Counted from the first letter of the stretch, positions 27,254 to 36,483 are shown. The stretch: DNA of 64,000 nucleotides from an uncultured Bacillales bacterium (GCA_937902735.1 CALELS010000013.1:204321-268320); one strand, 5' to 3'. Notes: generated from the sequence alone by a model not told the origin. Numbers and translations: made by a program.

Positions 27254-29032
27254 CTATTCTACGGTTACACTTTTAGCGAGGTTTCGAGGTTTATCAACGT
27301 TCAAACCTTTTGCTAAAGAGACATAATAAGCTAAATAGAAGGCAACACATGAGATAGCAACACTAGATAAATATGGTGTGTAATTTCCAACCACTATAGT
27401 GTCTCCGTTTTGTGATAATTCCTTCGTTGAAATTACGTAAACTTTTGCACCCCTAGATTTTACTTCTTCAATATTGCTACGCATACTTGGTGCAGTAGTT
27501 GGATCAGTAATAAATACAATGACAGGTAATCCGTTTTCAATTAAAGCAATTGGACCATGTTTTAGTTCTCCTCCAGGAATTGCTTCGGAGTGAATATAAC
27601 TGATTTCTTTAAGCTTTAAAGATGCTTCAAGAGATAAGAAATAGTCATAGCTTCTGCCTAAATAGAAGATATTTGGACTATCTTTAATCTCGCTTGCAAC
27701 TTTTTGAATAATTGGTTTGTAATTTTGTTCAATGTTTTCAACAATACTAATGCAATGCTTTAAATCAGAAATAACTTTAGTGTCGTTCTTTAAAGAGGCT
27801 GCAAGCAAAGCTAATAGAGTAACTTGAGCAACATAGGCTTTAGTGGATGCAACAGATACTTCAATACCTGCATGTAATAATAAGGAATAGTTGCAATTTC
27901 TATCTAAAGTTGAACCACCAGTATTAGTAATAATCAAATTGTTAAGTTTGTTCTTTTTAATAATATCAAGACAATGAATTAAATCAGCAGTTTCGCCAGA
28001 TTGAGAAATTAATACAACAAATGGTTTTTGACCTGGATAAGTTGGATGAAAAGCCCACTCAGAGGCAATAAATCTACTTGCAGACTTACCATAATTTTCA
28101 AAATATCTACCGCCAACAAGGGATGCATGATAGCTAGTGCCACATGCTACAAAAATAATGTGGTCTGATTCATTTAAATCTCTGATTAAATTTGGATCAA
28201 AAAGAAATTTTTCGTCTTTAAAATAATTTGAGGAAATACGTTCTATAATTTCAGGAATTTCTTCAATTTCCTTTAACATATAGTGAGGATAGCCTTTTAA
28301 GTCATGAGAGATTAATTCAATATCCTTTGTAATGATTTTTCTTTTTATTAGATTATGTTCCTTATCATAGATGTTGACTGTTTTGTTTGTAAGAACACCA
28401 TGATCAAAATCATCCAATTCGATGAATCTGTTAGTATAATCAACAATTGGTGATGCATCTGATGCAACCAAATTGAAGCCATCTCCTATGCCAATAACGA
28501 GTGGAGAAGCATTCTTAAATACATGAATTGCATCTTCGTTGTCATCAGTAAAAAAGACTATTGCATAACTTCCAACAATCTTAGACATAACTTGTTTAAT
28601 AGCTTCGTTAATGTCTTTGTTCTTCAAGTAATAATATTCAAGTAAATTTGCTACTACTTCAGAATCTGTCTCGCCATAGAAGTGATAACCTTCATCGATT
28701 AAAAAGTTTTTGATTTCTTTATAGTTTTCAATAACTCCGTTATGGACCAAACAGATATGATTATGAAATGATGTATGTGGATGAGTGTTTTGAACACTTG
28801 GAACACCGTGAGTGGCCCATCTGGTGTGACCAATCATTACATTTGAAACAATATCTTGTGGAACTAGACTCATTAAATGTTCTACGCTTCCTACATCCTT
28901 AATAACTTTTATGCCATTTTCAAAATAAGCAAGCCCAGCGGAATCATATCCACGGTAATCGAGCATCTTTAATCCTTTTTGAACATATCCAGTTGGTCTA
29001 ATTAATCCAACTGATCCGACAATACCACACAT
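27254..29032 (-). CDS. glmS: Glutamine--fructose-6-phosphate aminotransferase
   Basis: MCGIVG N-terminal nucleophile, two SIS domains, and the C-terminal VDKPRNLAKSVTVE. Confidence 0.95.
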   Translation of the reverse strand: MCGIVGSVGLIRPTGYVQKGLKMLDYRGYDSAGLAYFENGIKVIKDVGSVEHLMSLVPQDIVSNVMIGHTRWATHGVPSVQNTHPHTSFHNHICLVHNGVIENYKEIKNFLIDEGYHFYGETDSEVVANLLEYYYLKNKDINEAIKQVMSKIVGSYAIVFFTDDNEDAIHVFKNASPLVIGIGDGFNLVASDASPIVDYTNRFIELDDFDHGVLTNKTVNIYDKEHNLIKRKIITKDIELISHDLKGYPHYMLKEIEEIPEIIERISSNYFKDEKFLFDPNLIRDLNESDHIIFVACGTSYHASLVGGRYFENYGKSASRFIASEWAFHPTYPGQKPFVVLISQSGETADLIHCLDIIKKNKLNNLIITNTGGSTLDRNCNYSLLLHAGIEVSVASTKAYVAQVTLLALLAASLKNDTKVISDLKHCISIVENIEQNYKPIIQKVASEIKDSPNIFYLGRSYDYFLSLEASLKLKEISYIHSEAIPGGELKHGPIALIENGLPVIVFITDPTTAPSMRSNIEEVKSRGAKVYVISTKELSQNGDTIVVGNYTPYLSSVAISCVAFYLAYYVSLAKGLNVDKPRNLAKSVTVE

Positions 29033-29034
29033 GT

Positions 29035-30369
29035 CTATCTACCTAAATATTTACTAAGTTCATATTCTGAAACTGTAGTATGATATTCCTTCCATTCTTT
29101 TTCTTTTGCTTCGATATATTTTGGAAATAAGTGAGTTCCTAGTACTTCTTTTAAGATTTCACTACCTTTAAATTCTTCAATTGCAGCATGAAGTGTTTCT
29201 GGAAGACAAACAATTTTACGCGCTTTGATTTCATCTTCGCTTAAGGCAAATAAGTTATCGTTGACTGGTTTAATTGTGTCTTTTTCATCAATATTTTTAA
29301 TACCATATAAGCCGCAAGCTAAAATACCTGCTAAGGCAAGATATGGATTAGCGCATGGATCAACGTTTCTTAATTCTGTTCTTGTTGCTAATCCTCTAAT
29401 TGCGGGAATGCGAATTAAAGAAGAACGATTTGCATCACTCCAGCAAGCATAAATTGGAGCCTCGTAGCCACTTACTAATCTCTTATATGAATTAACAATT
29501 TGGTTAGTTAATAAACTTAACTCTCTAGCATGCAAAAGAATTCCACTTATCCATTTTTTGCACATAACTGATAATTCCATATCTTCTTTTGGATTGTAGA
29601 ATAAATCGCCATTCTCTTTATTATATAAAGAACAGTTAGTGTGCATCCCACTACCAGCTTGTTTATTTAGTGGTTTTGGCATAAACGAGGCTAAATAACC
29701 ATTCTTTCTAGCAACCATCTTAACCACTTGTTTAAATGTTTGCACACGGTCGCAAGCGGTAACTACATCAGTATATTTAAATGTAATTTCATTTTGACCT
29801 GGACCAACTTCGTGATGTGAAGTTTGAATATCAAAACCAATCTTTTCAAGCATTAAAGCAATTTCTCTTCTAACACTTTCACCACCATCAAATGGAGATA
29901 AATCAAAATAGGAAGCAGAATCACTTACTTGCGTAGATGCACTACCATCTTCTTTTAATTTAAATAAATAGAACTCTGGTTCAAAACCAACGTACATGGT
30001 TTCAATTCCCATATCATTCATCTTCTTAACTTGTTGTTTAAGAATATAGCGAGGATCTCCAATAAATGATTTTCCTTCAGGTGTATATACGTCACAAATA
30101 AATCTAGCGACACCGCCAAGACACGAATCTTCAAATGGGAGAATCATAAAAGTATCTAAATCTGGATGAAGATACATATCAGCTTCTTTGATTCTTACGA
30201 AACCTTCGATAGATGATCCATCAAACATAATCTTGTTATCAAAAGCATCATCAAGTTTCTTAACAGGTATCTCAACTGCTTTAATATCACCAAGCATGTC
30301 AGTGAATTGCATTCTTATATATAAAATGTTATTTTCATCGATAATTTTTCTAATTTCATCTTTTGTCAT
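29035..30369 (-). CDS. glnA: Glutamine synthetase type I
   Basis: The start is moved to the ATG at 30369 (MTKDEIRKIIDENNILYIRMQFTDMLG), which lies 8 nt after GGAGG. The track start at 30384 is the TTG inside that Shine-Dalgarno sequence. GS motifs are present throughout. Confidence 0.95.
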   Translation of the reverse strand: MTKDEIRKIIDENNILYIRMQFTDMLGDIKAVEIPVKKLDDAFDNKIMFDGSSIEGFVRIKEADMYLHPDLDTFMILPFEDSCLGGVARFICDVYTPEGKSFIGDPRYILKQQVKKMNDMGIETMYVGFEPEFYLFKLKEDGSASTQVSDSASYFDLSPFDGGESVRREIALMLEKIGFDIQTSHHEVGPGQNEITFKYTDVVTACDRVQTFKQVVKMVARKNGYLASFMPKPLNKQAGSGMHTNCSLYNKENGDLFYNPKEDMELSVMCKKWISGILLHARELSLLTNQIVNSYKRLVSGYEAPIYACWSDANRSSLIRIPAIRGLATRTELRNVDPCANPYLALAGILACGLYGIKNIDEKDTIKPVNDNLFALSEDEIKARKIVCLPETLHAAIEEFKGSEILKEVLGTHLFPKYIEAKEKEWKEYHTTVSEYELSKYLGR

Positions 30370-30388
30370 GGTTTTAACCTCCAAAGAA

Positions 30389-30429
30389 AATATAGCAAAA
30401 AATGTATCTTAATAAGATTTATGTGTCAA
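30389..30429 (-). promoter_or_regulatory. Candidate glnA promoter
   Basis: On the minus strand: TTGACA (30429-30424), a 17-nt spacer, then TACATT (30406-30401). An alternative -10 is TGCTATATT (30397-30389). Confidence 0.4.
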
Positions 30430-30439
30430 TCATTTCCTA

Positions 30440-30457
30440 TGTAAAGTTTTATTTACA
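30440..30457. promoter_or_regulatory. Perfect inverted repeat TGTAAA-N6-TTTACA upstream of the glnA -35 (possible GlnR/TnrA-like operator)
   Basis: Read directly from the sequence. It resembles TGTNA-N7-TNACA, but the inner spacing is one nt longer. Confidence 0.3.
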
Positions 30458-30672
30458 TATGATAATTTTTAACGTTTTAACTATGTTAAGATTAAAACAG
30501 ATAAGCGTAATTTTTATTAACGTATGAAACTTTCGTTCTATTTTTTATATGAGACAGCGTATGTAGTATATACATTATTTGAATTTGTAAATCGCAAGAT
30601 GTCAGGAGTTTGAGTCTGGTTTAAAACATAAGAAAAGATTTCTGCAGAGGCCTAATCTATTATAGATGTATT

Positions 30673-30858
30673 TCAGGGAACTACTTGTTCATTGACATCT
30701 TTTAAGAATTCGGCAATATCATCGTATACAATTGGATCTCTTGGTTTCCATGGATCTTCTGGCAAATCACAAGAGGACAGTCCTTGGCATGAGAATTTTG
30801 TGTTGATTAGTTTAACACTACCAGTATCCTCATCATATGTCTCCATTTTATATATCAT
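30673..30858 (-). CDS. Small hypothetical protein (about 61 aa)
   Basis: ORF with AAAGGA 9 nt upstream of the ATG at 30858 (MIYKMETYDEDTG...). I recognise no family, and whether it is coding is uncertain. Confidence 0.3.
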   Translation of the reverse strand: MIYKMETYDEDTGSVKLINTKFSCQGLSSCDLPEDPWKPRDPIVYDDIAEFLKDVNEQVVP

Positions 30859-30938
30859 TTCAATATATCCTTTCATATAATTAGTTTTTCTTACATTTAA
30901 TTAATAAAAAGTATATTAATCTAATCTTTTACTAAAAT

Positions 30939-30985
30939 GAGATGAGACCCAAATGTTAGACCAACTAACAGGAGGGTCTCATCTC
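30939..30985 (-). terminator. Long hairpin downstream of tRNA-Ala (probable terminator or processing element)
   Basis: A perfect 12-bp stem GAGATGAGACCC / GGGTCTCATCTC, with an inner TGTTAG / CTAACA helix in the loop. On the minus strand it is followed by ATTTTAG, which is not a clean U-run. Confidence 0.4.
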
Positions 30986-31068
30986 AATACAAGGTTCCTG
31001 CTGGATAACTTTCTAGGCTAGTTTTAACCGGTCTAAACTGGATGAACTAAACCGAATTGTTCTATTTA

Positions 31069-31144
31069 TGGTGGACCAAATCGGAATCGAACCGACGACC
31101 TTATCAATGCGAATGATACGCTCTCCCAACTGAGCTATTGGCCC
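31069..31144 (-). tRNA. tRNA-Ala (anticodon CGC)
   Basis: Manual cloverleaf: acceptor GGGCCAA/TTGGTCC with the G3:U70 alanine identity pair, D-arm GCTC/GAGC, anticodon stem TATCA/TGATA with loop TTCGCAT, T-arm GTCGG TTCGATT CCGAT, and an encoded CCA. Confidence 0.9.
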
Positions 31145-31233
31145 GTAAACAAAATAATATATTATTCCTTATAAAAATCAATTAGATAAGAGTTGTCTTT
31201 TCAGAACTAAAGGTAGATAATCTTGTATTTGTT

Positions 31234-32538
31234 ATGATAACTACTTTAGTAATATCAATAATCACATTCGTCCTGATCATATTATCAATTTTATTCTTCC
31301 CTCACATTAAAATTGGAAAGATTAAATTAGATACATATTGGATGTTTGCTTTAGTAGGTGCAATTGTTCTATTAATTTCTGGTTTTGCACCAATTAAAGA
31401 TGTAGGAACTCAACTATTTAGTGATTCAAAGATAAATCCACTCAAGATATTAATCCTCTTCTTTTCAATGACCACCATCTCCGTTATTTTAGATGAATTG
31501 GGTTTATTTCGTTTCCTTGCAAGCATTGCAAGTAGCAAGGCAAAAGATAACCAATTTGTTCTATTTATTGCCTTATATGTTTTAACCGCGGTTCTAACAG
31601 TTTTTACATCTAATGATGTTGTTATATTAACGCTTACTCCGTTTATTTGTTTCTTAGCAGTTAGAAGTAAGATTAATCCTATCCCATATCTCGTTAGTGA
31701 ATTTGTTGCTGCAAATACCTGGTCATTAATGCTTTTAATTGGCAATCCAACAAACATTTATTTGGCAACTTCAAGTGAAATATCTTTTATTTCTTATTTC
31801 AAAATTATGGCTGTTCCCACTTTAGTAGGAGGATTAGTTGAACTTGGTCTTTTGTTATTAATATTCCATCGCCATTTAAAAACACCTCTACAACACAACG
31901 ATCTTGTCTATCATATTGACGATATCACTCCTGTTATTGTTGGATTAGTTGATTTACTTATATGTTTAGTTTTTCTAGTTTTATCTAGTTATATAGCTAT
32001 CGAGATGTGGATCATTTCTTTAGTGTGCGCCACTGTTCTAGTCATCTTTATGCTTATATATTCAGTATTTAAAAAGAAGAATATTGTTCATGTAAAAGAA
32101 ACATTTAAAAGACTTCCTTATCAATTGGTTCCTTTTTTCATTTCTATGTTCGTGATTGTTGTTGCAATCAATAGCCAAGGTATCAGTGAAGCTCTAAAGA
32201 ATCTATTAAGTGATAAAGCAACTATTTGGGTATATGGTGCATCATCATTTTTTGCTAGCAATTTAATTAACAATATTCCAATGAGTATCTTGTTCACTAA
32301 TATCACAACAACATTAGATCAAAGTATTCAACTTAAGGCTGTTTATGCATCAATTATCGGTAGCAATATAGGGGCATTTTTAACTCCTATTGGTGCTTTA
32401 GCAGGTATTATGTTCACTGGTCTAGTTAGTAAACACAATATTAGATTTAGATTTTTGGACTTCATTAAATATGGGGCAATTATATCCATTCCAGTATTAG
32501 CAACTATTCTTGCGATGTCTCAATTATTCATAAAATAA
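31234..32538 (+). CDS. ArsB/NhaD-superfamily (citrate-transporter-like) permease
   Basis: 434 aa with about 11-12 TM helices. TSNDVVILTLTPF and LLIGNPTNIYLA are typical of this permease superfamily. The substrate is unknown. Confidence 0.65.
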   Translation: MITTLVISIITFVLIILSILFFPHIKIGKIKLDTYWMFALVGAIVLLISGFAPIKDVGTQLFSDSKINPLKILILFFSMTTISVILDELGLFRFLASIASSKAKDNQFVLFIALYVLTAVLTVFTSNDVVILTLTPFICFLAVRSKINPIPYLVSEFVAANTWSLMLLIGNPTNIYLATSSEISFISYFKIMAVPTLVGGLVELGLLLLIFHRHLKTPLQHNDLVYHIDDITPVIVGLVDLLICLVFLVLSSYIAIEMWIISLVCATVLVIFMLIYSVFKKKNIVHVKETFKRLPYQLVPFFISMFVIVVAINSQGISEALKNLLSDKATIWVYGASSFFASNLINNIPMSILFTNITTTLDQSIQLKAVYASIIGSNIGAFLTPIGALAGIMFTGLVSKHNIRFRFLDFIKYGAIISIPVLATILAMSQLFIK

Positions 32539-32582
32539 AAGTCAAGACTGATAAAAAAGAATTTTTAATATATTATTTTGTT

Positions 32583-33830
32583 ATGCCTGAAAATAAGATT
32601 GCTGTTATCGACATGAAAGCATTTTATGCATCAGTTGAGTGCGTAGAAAGAGGACTCAATCCTTTTACCACGCCTTTGGTGGTTTGTGATACTTCAAGAG
32701 GCAACGGAACTATTGTTTTATCAGTTAGCCCATTTTTAAAAGCAATGGGGGTTCCTTCTCGTTGTAGAAAAAGAGAATTACCTAATGTTGAAGGTATGAT
32801 TTATGCTGTTCCTAGAATGTCATTATATTTAAAAAAGTCTGCAGAAATCGTCTCAATTGTCTTAGATTTCGTTGGAGAAGATGATATTCATGTCTATTCA
32901 ATTGACGAATTATTTATTAATCTTGGACCATATCTAAAGATGTATGATATGACTCCATATAAATTAGTTAAAAAGATTAAAGATACAATTTATGAAAAGT
33001 TATCACTTCCTACCACCGCTGGTATTGCGGACAATATGTTGCTTGCAAAACTTGCATTAGATTTAGACGCCAAAAACAAACCTCCATATATTTCACAATG
33101 GAAGAAAAGCGATATTCAAAACAAGCTTTGGAAAGTAAAACCACTTTCGAAAATGTGGGGTATATCGGCAGGATATGAAAGAAGACTTAACAATCTAGGT
33201 ATCTTCACAGTGGAACAACTCGCTAAGGCTGATAAGGCAATGCTCAAAAGAGAACTAGGTGTAATGGGTGAACAACTTCATGAACACGCTAACGGAATCG
33301 ATAACACAAACATCAGAGTGAAATACGTTCCAAAGGATACTTCCCTATCTTTAGGACAAGTTTTATTTAGAGATTACACAGTTAAAGAAGCGACCACTAT
33401 CATTCGTGAAATGAATGATGATTTATCTATGAGATTAAGAGAACACAACAAATTAACTGGACTTGTTGGACTTATGATTGGTTATTCAATGAAAGAAAGT
33501 GGGGGATTTTCAAGACAAATATCATTAGATATTCCAACCGATGATACAGATATCTTGTTTGACGCTTTAATGAAAATCTATAAACAATATGTCGAAGATT
33601 TACCTATTAGAAGAGTTTATCTATCCTTTGGAAAATTATTAGACAACAAATACGTACAATTATCTTTGTTTGATGATATAGAAGAAAACGAAAAACAAAG
33701 AAAACTTCAAAGAACACTCGATAAAGTTAAAAATCTTTATGGAAAAGATGCAGTAACAAGAGCATCATCTCTTTTAGAGGAAAGTACTGCCAAAGAAAGA
33801 CATAATCAAATAGGAGGACATAGGAAATGA
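32583..33830 (+). CDS. Y-family DNA polymerase (UmuC/DinB-like)
   Basis: AVIDMKAFYASVEC, YSIDELFINL and the little-finger region. The size of 415 aa fits. Confidence 0.9.
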   Translation: MPENKIAVIDMKAFYASVECVERGLNPFTTPLVVCDTSRGNGTIVLSVSPFLKAMGVPSRCRKRELPNVEGMIYAVPRMSLYLKKSAEIVSIVLDFVGEDDIHVYSIDELFINLGPYLKMYDMTPYKLVKKIKDTIYEKLSLPTTAGIADNMLLAKLALDLDAKNKPPYISQWKKSDIQNKLWKVKPLSKMWGISAGYERRLNNLGIFTVEQLAKADKAMLKRELGVMGEQLHEHANGIDNTNIRVKYVPKDTSLSLGQVLFRDYTVKEATTIIREMNDDLSMRLREHNKLTGLVGLMIGYSMKESGGFSRQISLDIPTDDTDILFDALMKIYKQYVEDLPIRRVYLSFGKLLDNKYVQLSLFDDIEENEKQRKLQRTLDKVKNLYGKDAVTRASSLLEESTAKERHNQIGGHRK

Positions 33831-34138
33831 GTGATCGTGGAATGAAAAAATTTGCACCATTTGCTTCTCTTATTGAACAAAATGATTATCTTTCTGAAAT
33901 GAAATATCAAAAAGAAAAGATTGAAAAACCTGTTCTATCTACTGATAAAGAAGAAGATATTAATCGAATATTAACTTCATATAGAGGTGAGGTTTTAGAA
34001 TTCCATTATTTTTATGATGGTCATATTTATAAGCTAGATTCAAAAATCTTAAAGATTGATATTTATAATCGAAAATTAAAATTAGAACATGGGGATCTTC
34101 CATTAGATAAGATTGTCGATGTAATTCGTAAATACTAA
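33827..34138 (+). CDS. YolD-like protein
   Basis: 103 aa with a 4-nt overlap onto the polymerase gene. It has the N-terminal RGMKKFAPFASL motif and the typical position downstream of a Y-family polymerase. Confidence 0.7.
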   Translation: MSDRGMKKFAPFASLIEQNDYLSEMKYQKEKIEKPVLSTDKEEDINRILTSYRGEVLEFHYFYDGHIYKLDSKILKIDIYNRKLKLEHGDLPLDKIVDVIRKY

Positions 34139-34247
34139 CCAATAAATTTAGGAATATAAATATTTATATAGTGCGGTCAGTTAACTTGGTTGCATATTTC
34201 TATCTCGTTAATGACAACATATCACTTAAAGAGTTATTCTTTTTGTG

Positions 34248-34811
34248 ATGTCTAAAGAGTTAGAAAATGCGATGCTATCACTCAAAAGAGGAGATAGTAA
34301 CGCTCTTGAAACCATCTATAACCTGACCTATCGTGGTGTCTTTTCATTTGTATTTCCAATAATGAAAGACTACATGGCTACTGAAGATGTGCTTCAGATG
34401 ACTTATATATCGGTATTTGAAAAGATATCTTTATATCAAGAAAAATCTAGCGCACTCAATTGGATTCTAACAATGGCTAAAAATATTGCCCTTAATGAAT
34501 TCAACAAAGCCAAACGAAGTGTCGAATTTGATTTCGATGCCGAACAAGCTATTCCATCAAATCTTTACTCATTCGATGAAAGCTTGGATACTCCAACGAT
34601 TGAACTTGCTAGCAAGATTTTGTCTGAAGAAGATTTCAAAATCTTGATGATGTATGTTGTTGGAGGATATAAGCATCGTGAAATCGCAGATATTCTTGAG
34701 CTTCCTCTAGGAACAGTTACATGGAAATACAATGCCGCATTAGACAAAATTAGAATCGAACTAGACAAACAAGAAAGACATGGACAAGAAAAACTTAGAA
34801 ACCAAGCTTAG
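34248..34811 (+). CDS. ECF-type RNA polymerase sigma factor
   Basis: Region 2 (EDVLQMTYISVFEKI, NWILTMAKNIALNEF) and region 4 HTH (HREIADILELPLGTVTWKYNAALDKIR). A GTG at 34245 is an alternative start. Confidence 0.85.
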   Translation: MSKELENAMLSLKRGDSNALETIYNLTYRGVFSFVFPIMKDYMATEDVLQMTYISVFEKISLYQEKSSALNWILTMAKNIALNEFNKAKRSVEFDFDAEQAIPSNLYSFDESLDTPTIELASKILSEEDFKILMMYVVGGYKHREIADILELPLGTVTWKYNAALDKIRIELDKQERHGQEKLRNQA

Positions 34812-36414
34812 CGAGGAAGGAAAAAGACTCGCTCCTAATGTTCTTAACAAGGTTTATAAAAAATTAGGCCTTGAATTTTCGTCATCCAAAGAAAATCTTC
34901 AAATTGAAAATACATTAAAAGAAGAAGGAAAACTTCTTGTAAAAAATAACTATCAAGAAGTTAATGAAAAGATTCCTCATACAAAACCATTACCTGGATT
35001 TATTAGATTTATTAAGAACCCAATCACTATTTCTCTCTCCGCTTCGTTCTTAGTAGGAGTTATTGCAACTTCGGTTCTAATTCCTACTTTCATAAATAGA
35101 AGTAATCAGCAAGCAAACGAAACGGGAGAAGGCGCTATTCAATTGACTGCAAACACTGTAACTCTCGATTTAATAAGTGCTTCCAAATCCTATAATGCAA
35201 AGATGCAATATGTTGTTGATACTGATGGTTTGGTTGAAACAGACAAGGTAATTGCAATGGATGATTCCAGTGCTTACCTTATCGATAAATACGGCACAGC
35301 TCCATCCAATCGTAAGATTAGCGATGAAAAAGAACAATTTGATATTTTCACGACAAAATACCTTACTACTGCTCTAAACTATGGTTATATTGAAAAACTT
35401 GACTATACAAAATCTAATAAGATTATATTCAATATTTCATATGCGTCTAGAAGTGGAACAATCAAAGAAGAATTAGAAGAAAATATTCTTAACTTCATTC
35501 AAACAAACAAAGTCTTTATCGAATATGAGTTTAAAGAAACAGAGATGGATATTTATTCTCAATACGATGAAAAAGATTATGAAAAGATTTCTTTAATTGT
35601 AGATTTATATGATCTTTCAAATCACTTATTTGTAGGAAACACAAAAACATTAAAAGAAGCGTTCTTTTCAAACGATGTAAAAGATTGGGTTGATAGATTC
35701 ATTAATGAAGATATTGAAATCATACAAGAATATGTCGATATGTTAACAGTTTTCAACGAATACGTTACTGGCAAAGAACAAATCGATTCAATGATTGATA
35801 GGTTCTATCATCATTCACAAATATTACTCGATGATATTGAATTATTTAACCACTACATCGAAATCATTGATAACAGACTTCAAGATGTTAAAAACGAACT
35901 TTTATCTAATGGTTCTTCTGAGATTAAACAAGCCATTCAAGGCGGATATTATCTTCTTGCTAGATACTTAGATAAAAAATATTCATCTCATGGTCACAAT
36001 ATGCCAAAGAATGAACCAATTGCAAAAATCATTAATTGGGACTTGTTTGTTGATGGATATGATGTATACAAAAATCAGCATGAACAAAGACACGATGCAT
36101 TCGATGTAGAATCCTTTAGAAAATATCTTCCAAAAGCCTACGATGGTGAAGAATACACAAAAACCGAAGAAGACTTATTCAATCTGTATTGTGATTTGTA
36201 TTCTGCAACCGCTTATCGCGATCAAGCATTTAGAATGATTGATGATAACTTCGTGGATATCGTTGTTATGATGATTGAAGATCACATATTCATGACCGAT
36301 TTCGATGATGATGAGTTCTGCCATTATCATGGTGGACCGCAAAACGACGATTGGGATCACCACTTTGATGAATGGTGGGATGACAATCATCGTGATGGAC
36401 CACATCACTATTAA
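34780..36414 (+). CDS. Putative anti-sigma factor / membrane sensor (single TM, 440-aa extracytoplasmic domain, His/Asp/Trp-rich tail)
   Basis: It overlaps the sigma gene by 32 nt. It has a short cytoplasmic N-terminus, the TM ITISLSASFLVGVIATSVLIPTFI and a large outside domain ending FCHYHGGPQNDDWDHHFDEWWDDNHRDGPHHY. The assignment rests on position and topology only. Confidence 0.5.
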   Translation: MDKKNLETKLSEEGKRLAPNVLNKVYKKLGLEFSSSKENLQIENTLKEEGKLLVKNNYQEVNEKIPHTKPLPGFIRFIKNPITISLSASFLVGVIATSVLIPTFINRSNQQANETGEGAIQLTANTVTLDLISASKSYNAKMQYVVDTDGLVETDKVIAMDDSSAYLIDKYGTAPSNRKISDEKEQFDIFTTKYLTTALNYGYIEKLDYTKSNKIIFNISYASRSGTIKEELEENILNFIQTNKVFIEYEFKETEMDIYSQYDEKDYEKISLIVDLYDLSNHLFVGNTKTLKEAFFSNDVKDWVDRFINEDIEIIQEYVDMLTVFNEYVTGKEQIDSMIDRFYHHSQILLDDIELFNHYIEIIDNRLQDVKNELLSNGSSEIKQAIQGGYYLLARYLDKKYSSHGHNMPKNEPIAKIINWDLFVDGYDVYKNQHEQRHDAFDVESFRKYLPKAYDGEEYTKTEEDLFNLYCDLYSATAYRDQAFRMIDDNFVDIVVMMIEDHIFMTDFDDDEFCHYHGGPQNDDWDHHFDEWWDDNHRDGPHHY

Positions 36415-36416
36415 TA

Positions 36417-36440
36417 CTTCCTTTGGGAAGTTTTCTTTTG
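36417..36440 (+). terminator. Rho-independent terminator
   Basis: ACTTCC / GGAAGT stem with loop TTTG, followed by TTTTCTTTT. Confidence 0.55.
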
Positions 36441-36483
36441 CAAAACTTAATTAGAGCATTAAAATATTAGCGAGGATTTTATT

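Noticed and set aside
27086-27316. 76-aa ORF between the antiporter and glmS
   Set aside because: It runs into the 3' end of glmS in antisense, starts at a non-ATG codon without a ribosome-binding site, and has a low-complexity sequence.
30370-30672. Possible glmS ribozyme or glutamine riboswitch in the glnA upstream region
   Set aside because: I could not find the conserved cores (GACGAGGA for glmS, or the glnA-motif pseudoknot sequences). The predicted leader after the promoter is only about 20-25 nt. A covariance-model scan is still needed for certainty.
31069-36414. Genomic island integrated at tRNA-Ala (permease, Y-family polymerase/YolD, ECF sigma)
   Set aside because: There is no integrase, recombinase or excisionase. 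I could see no direct repeat of the tRNA 3' end, and the tRNA is oriented away from these genes.
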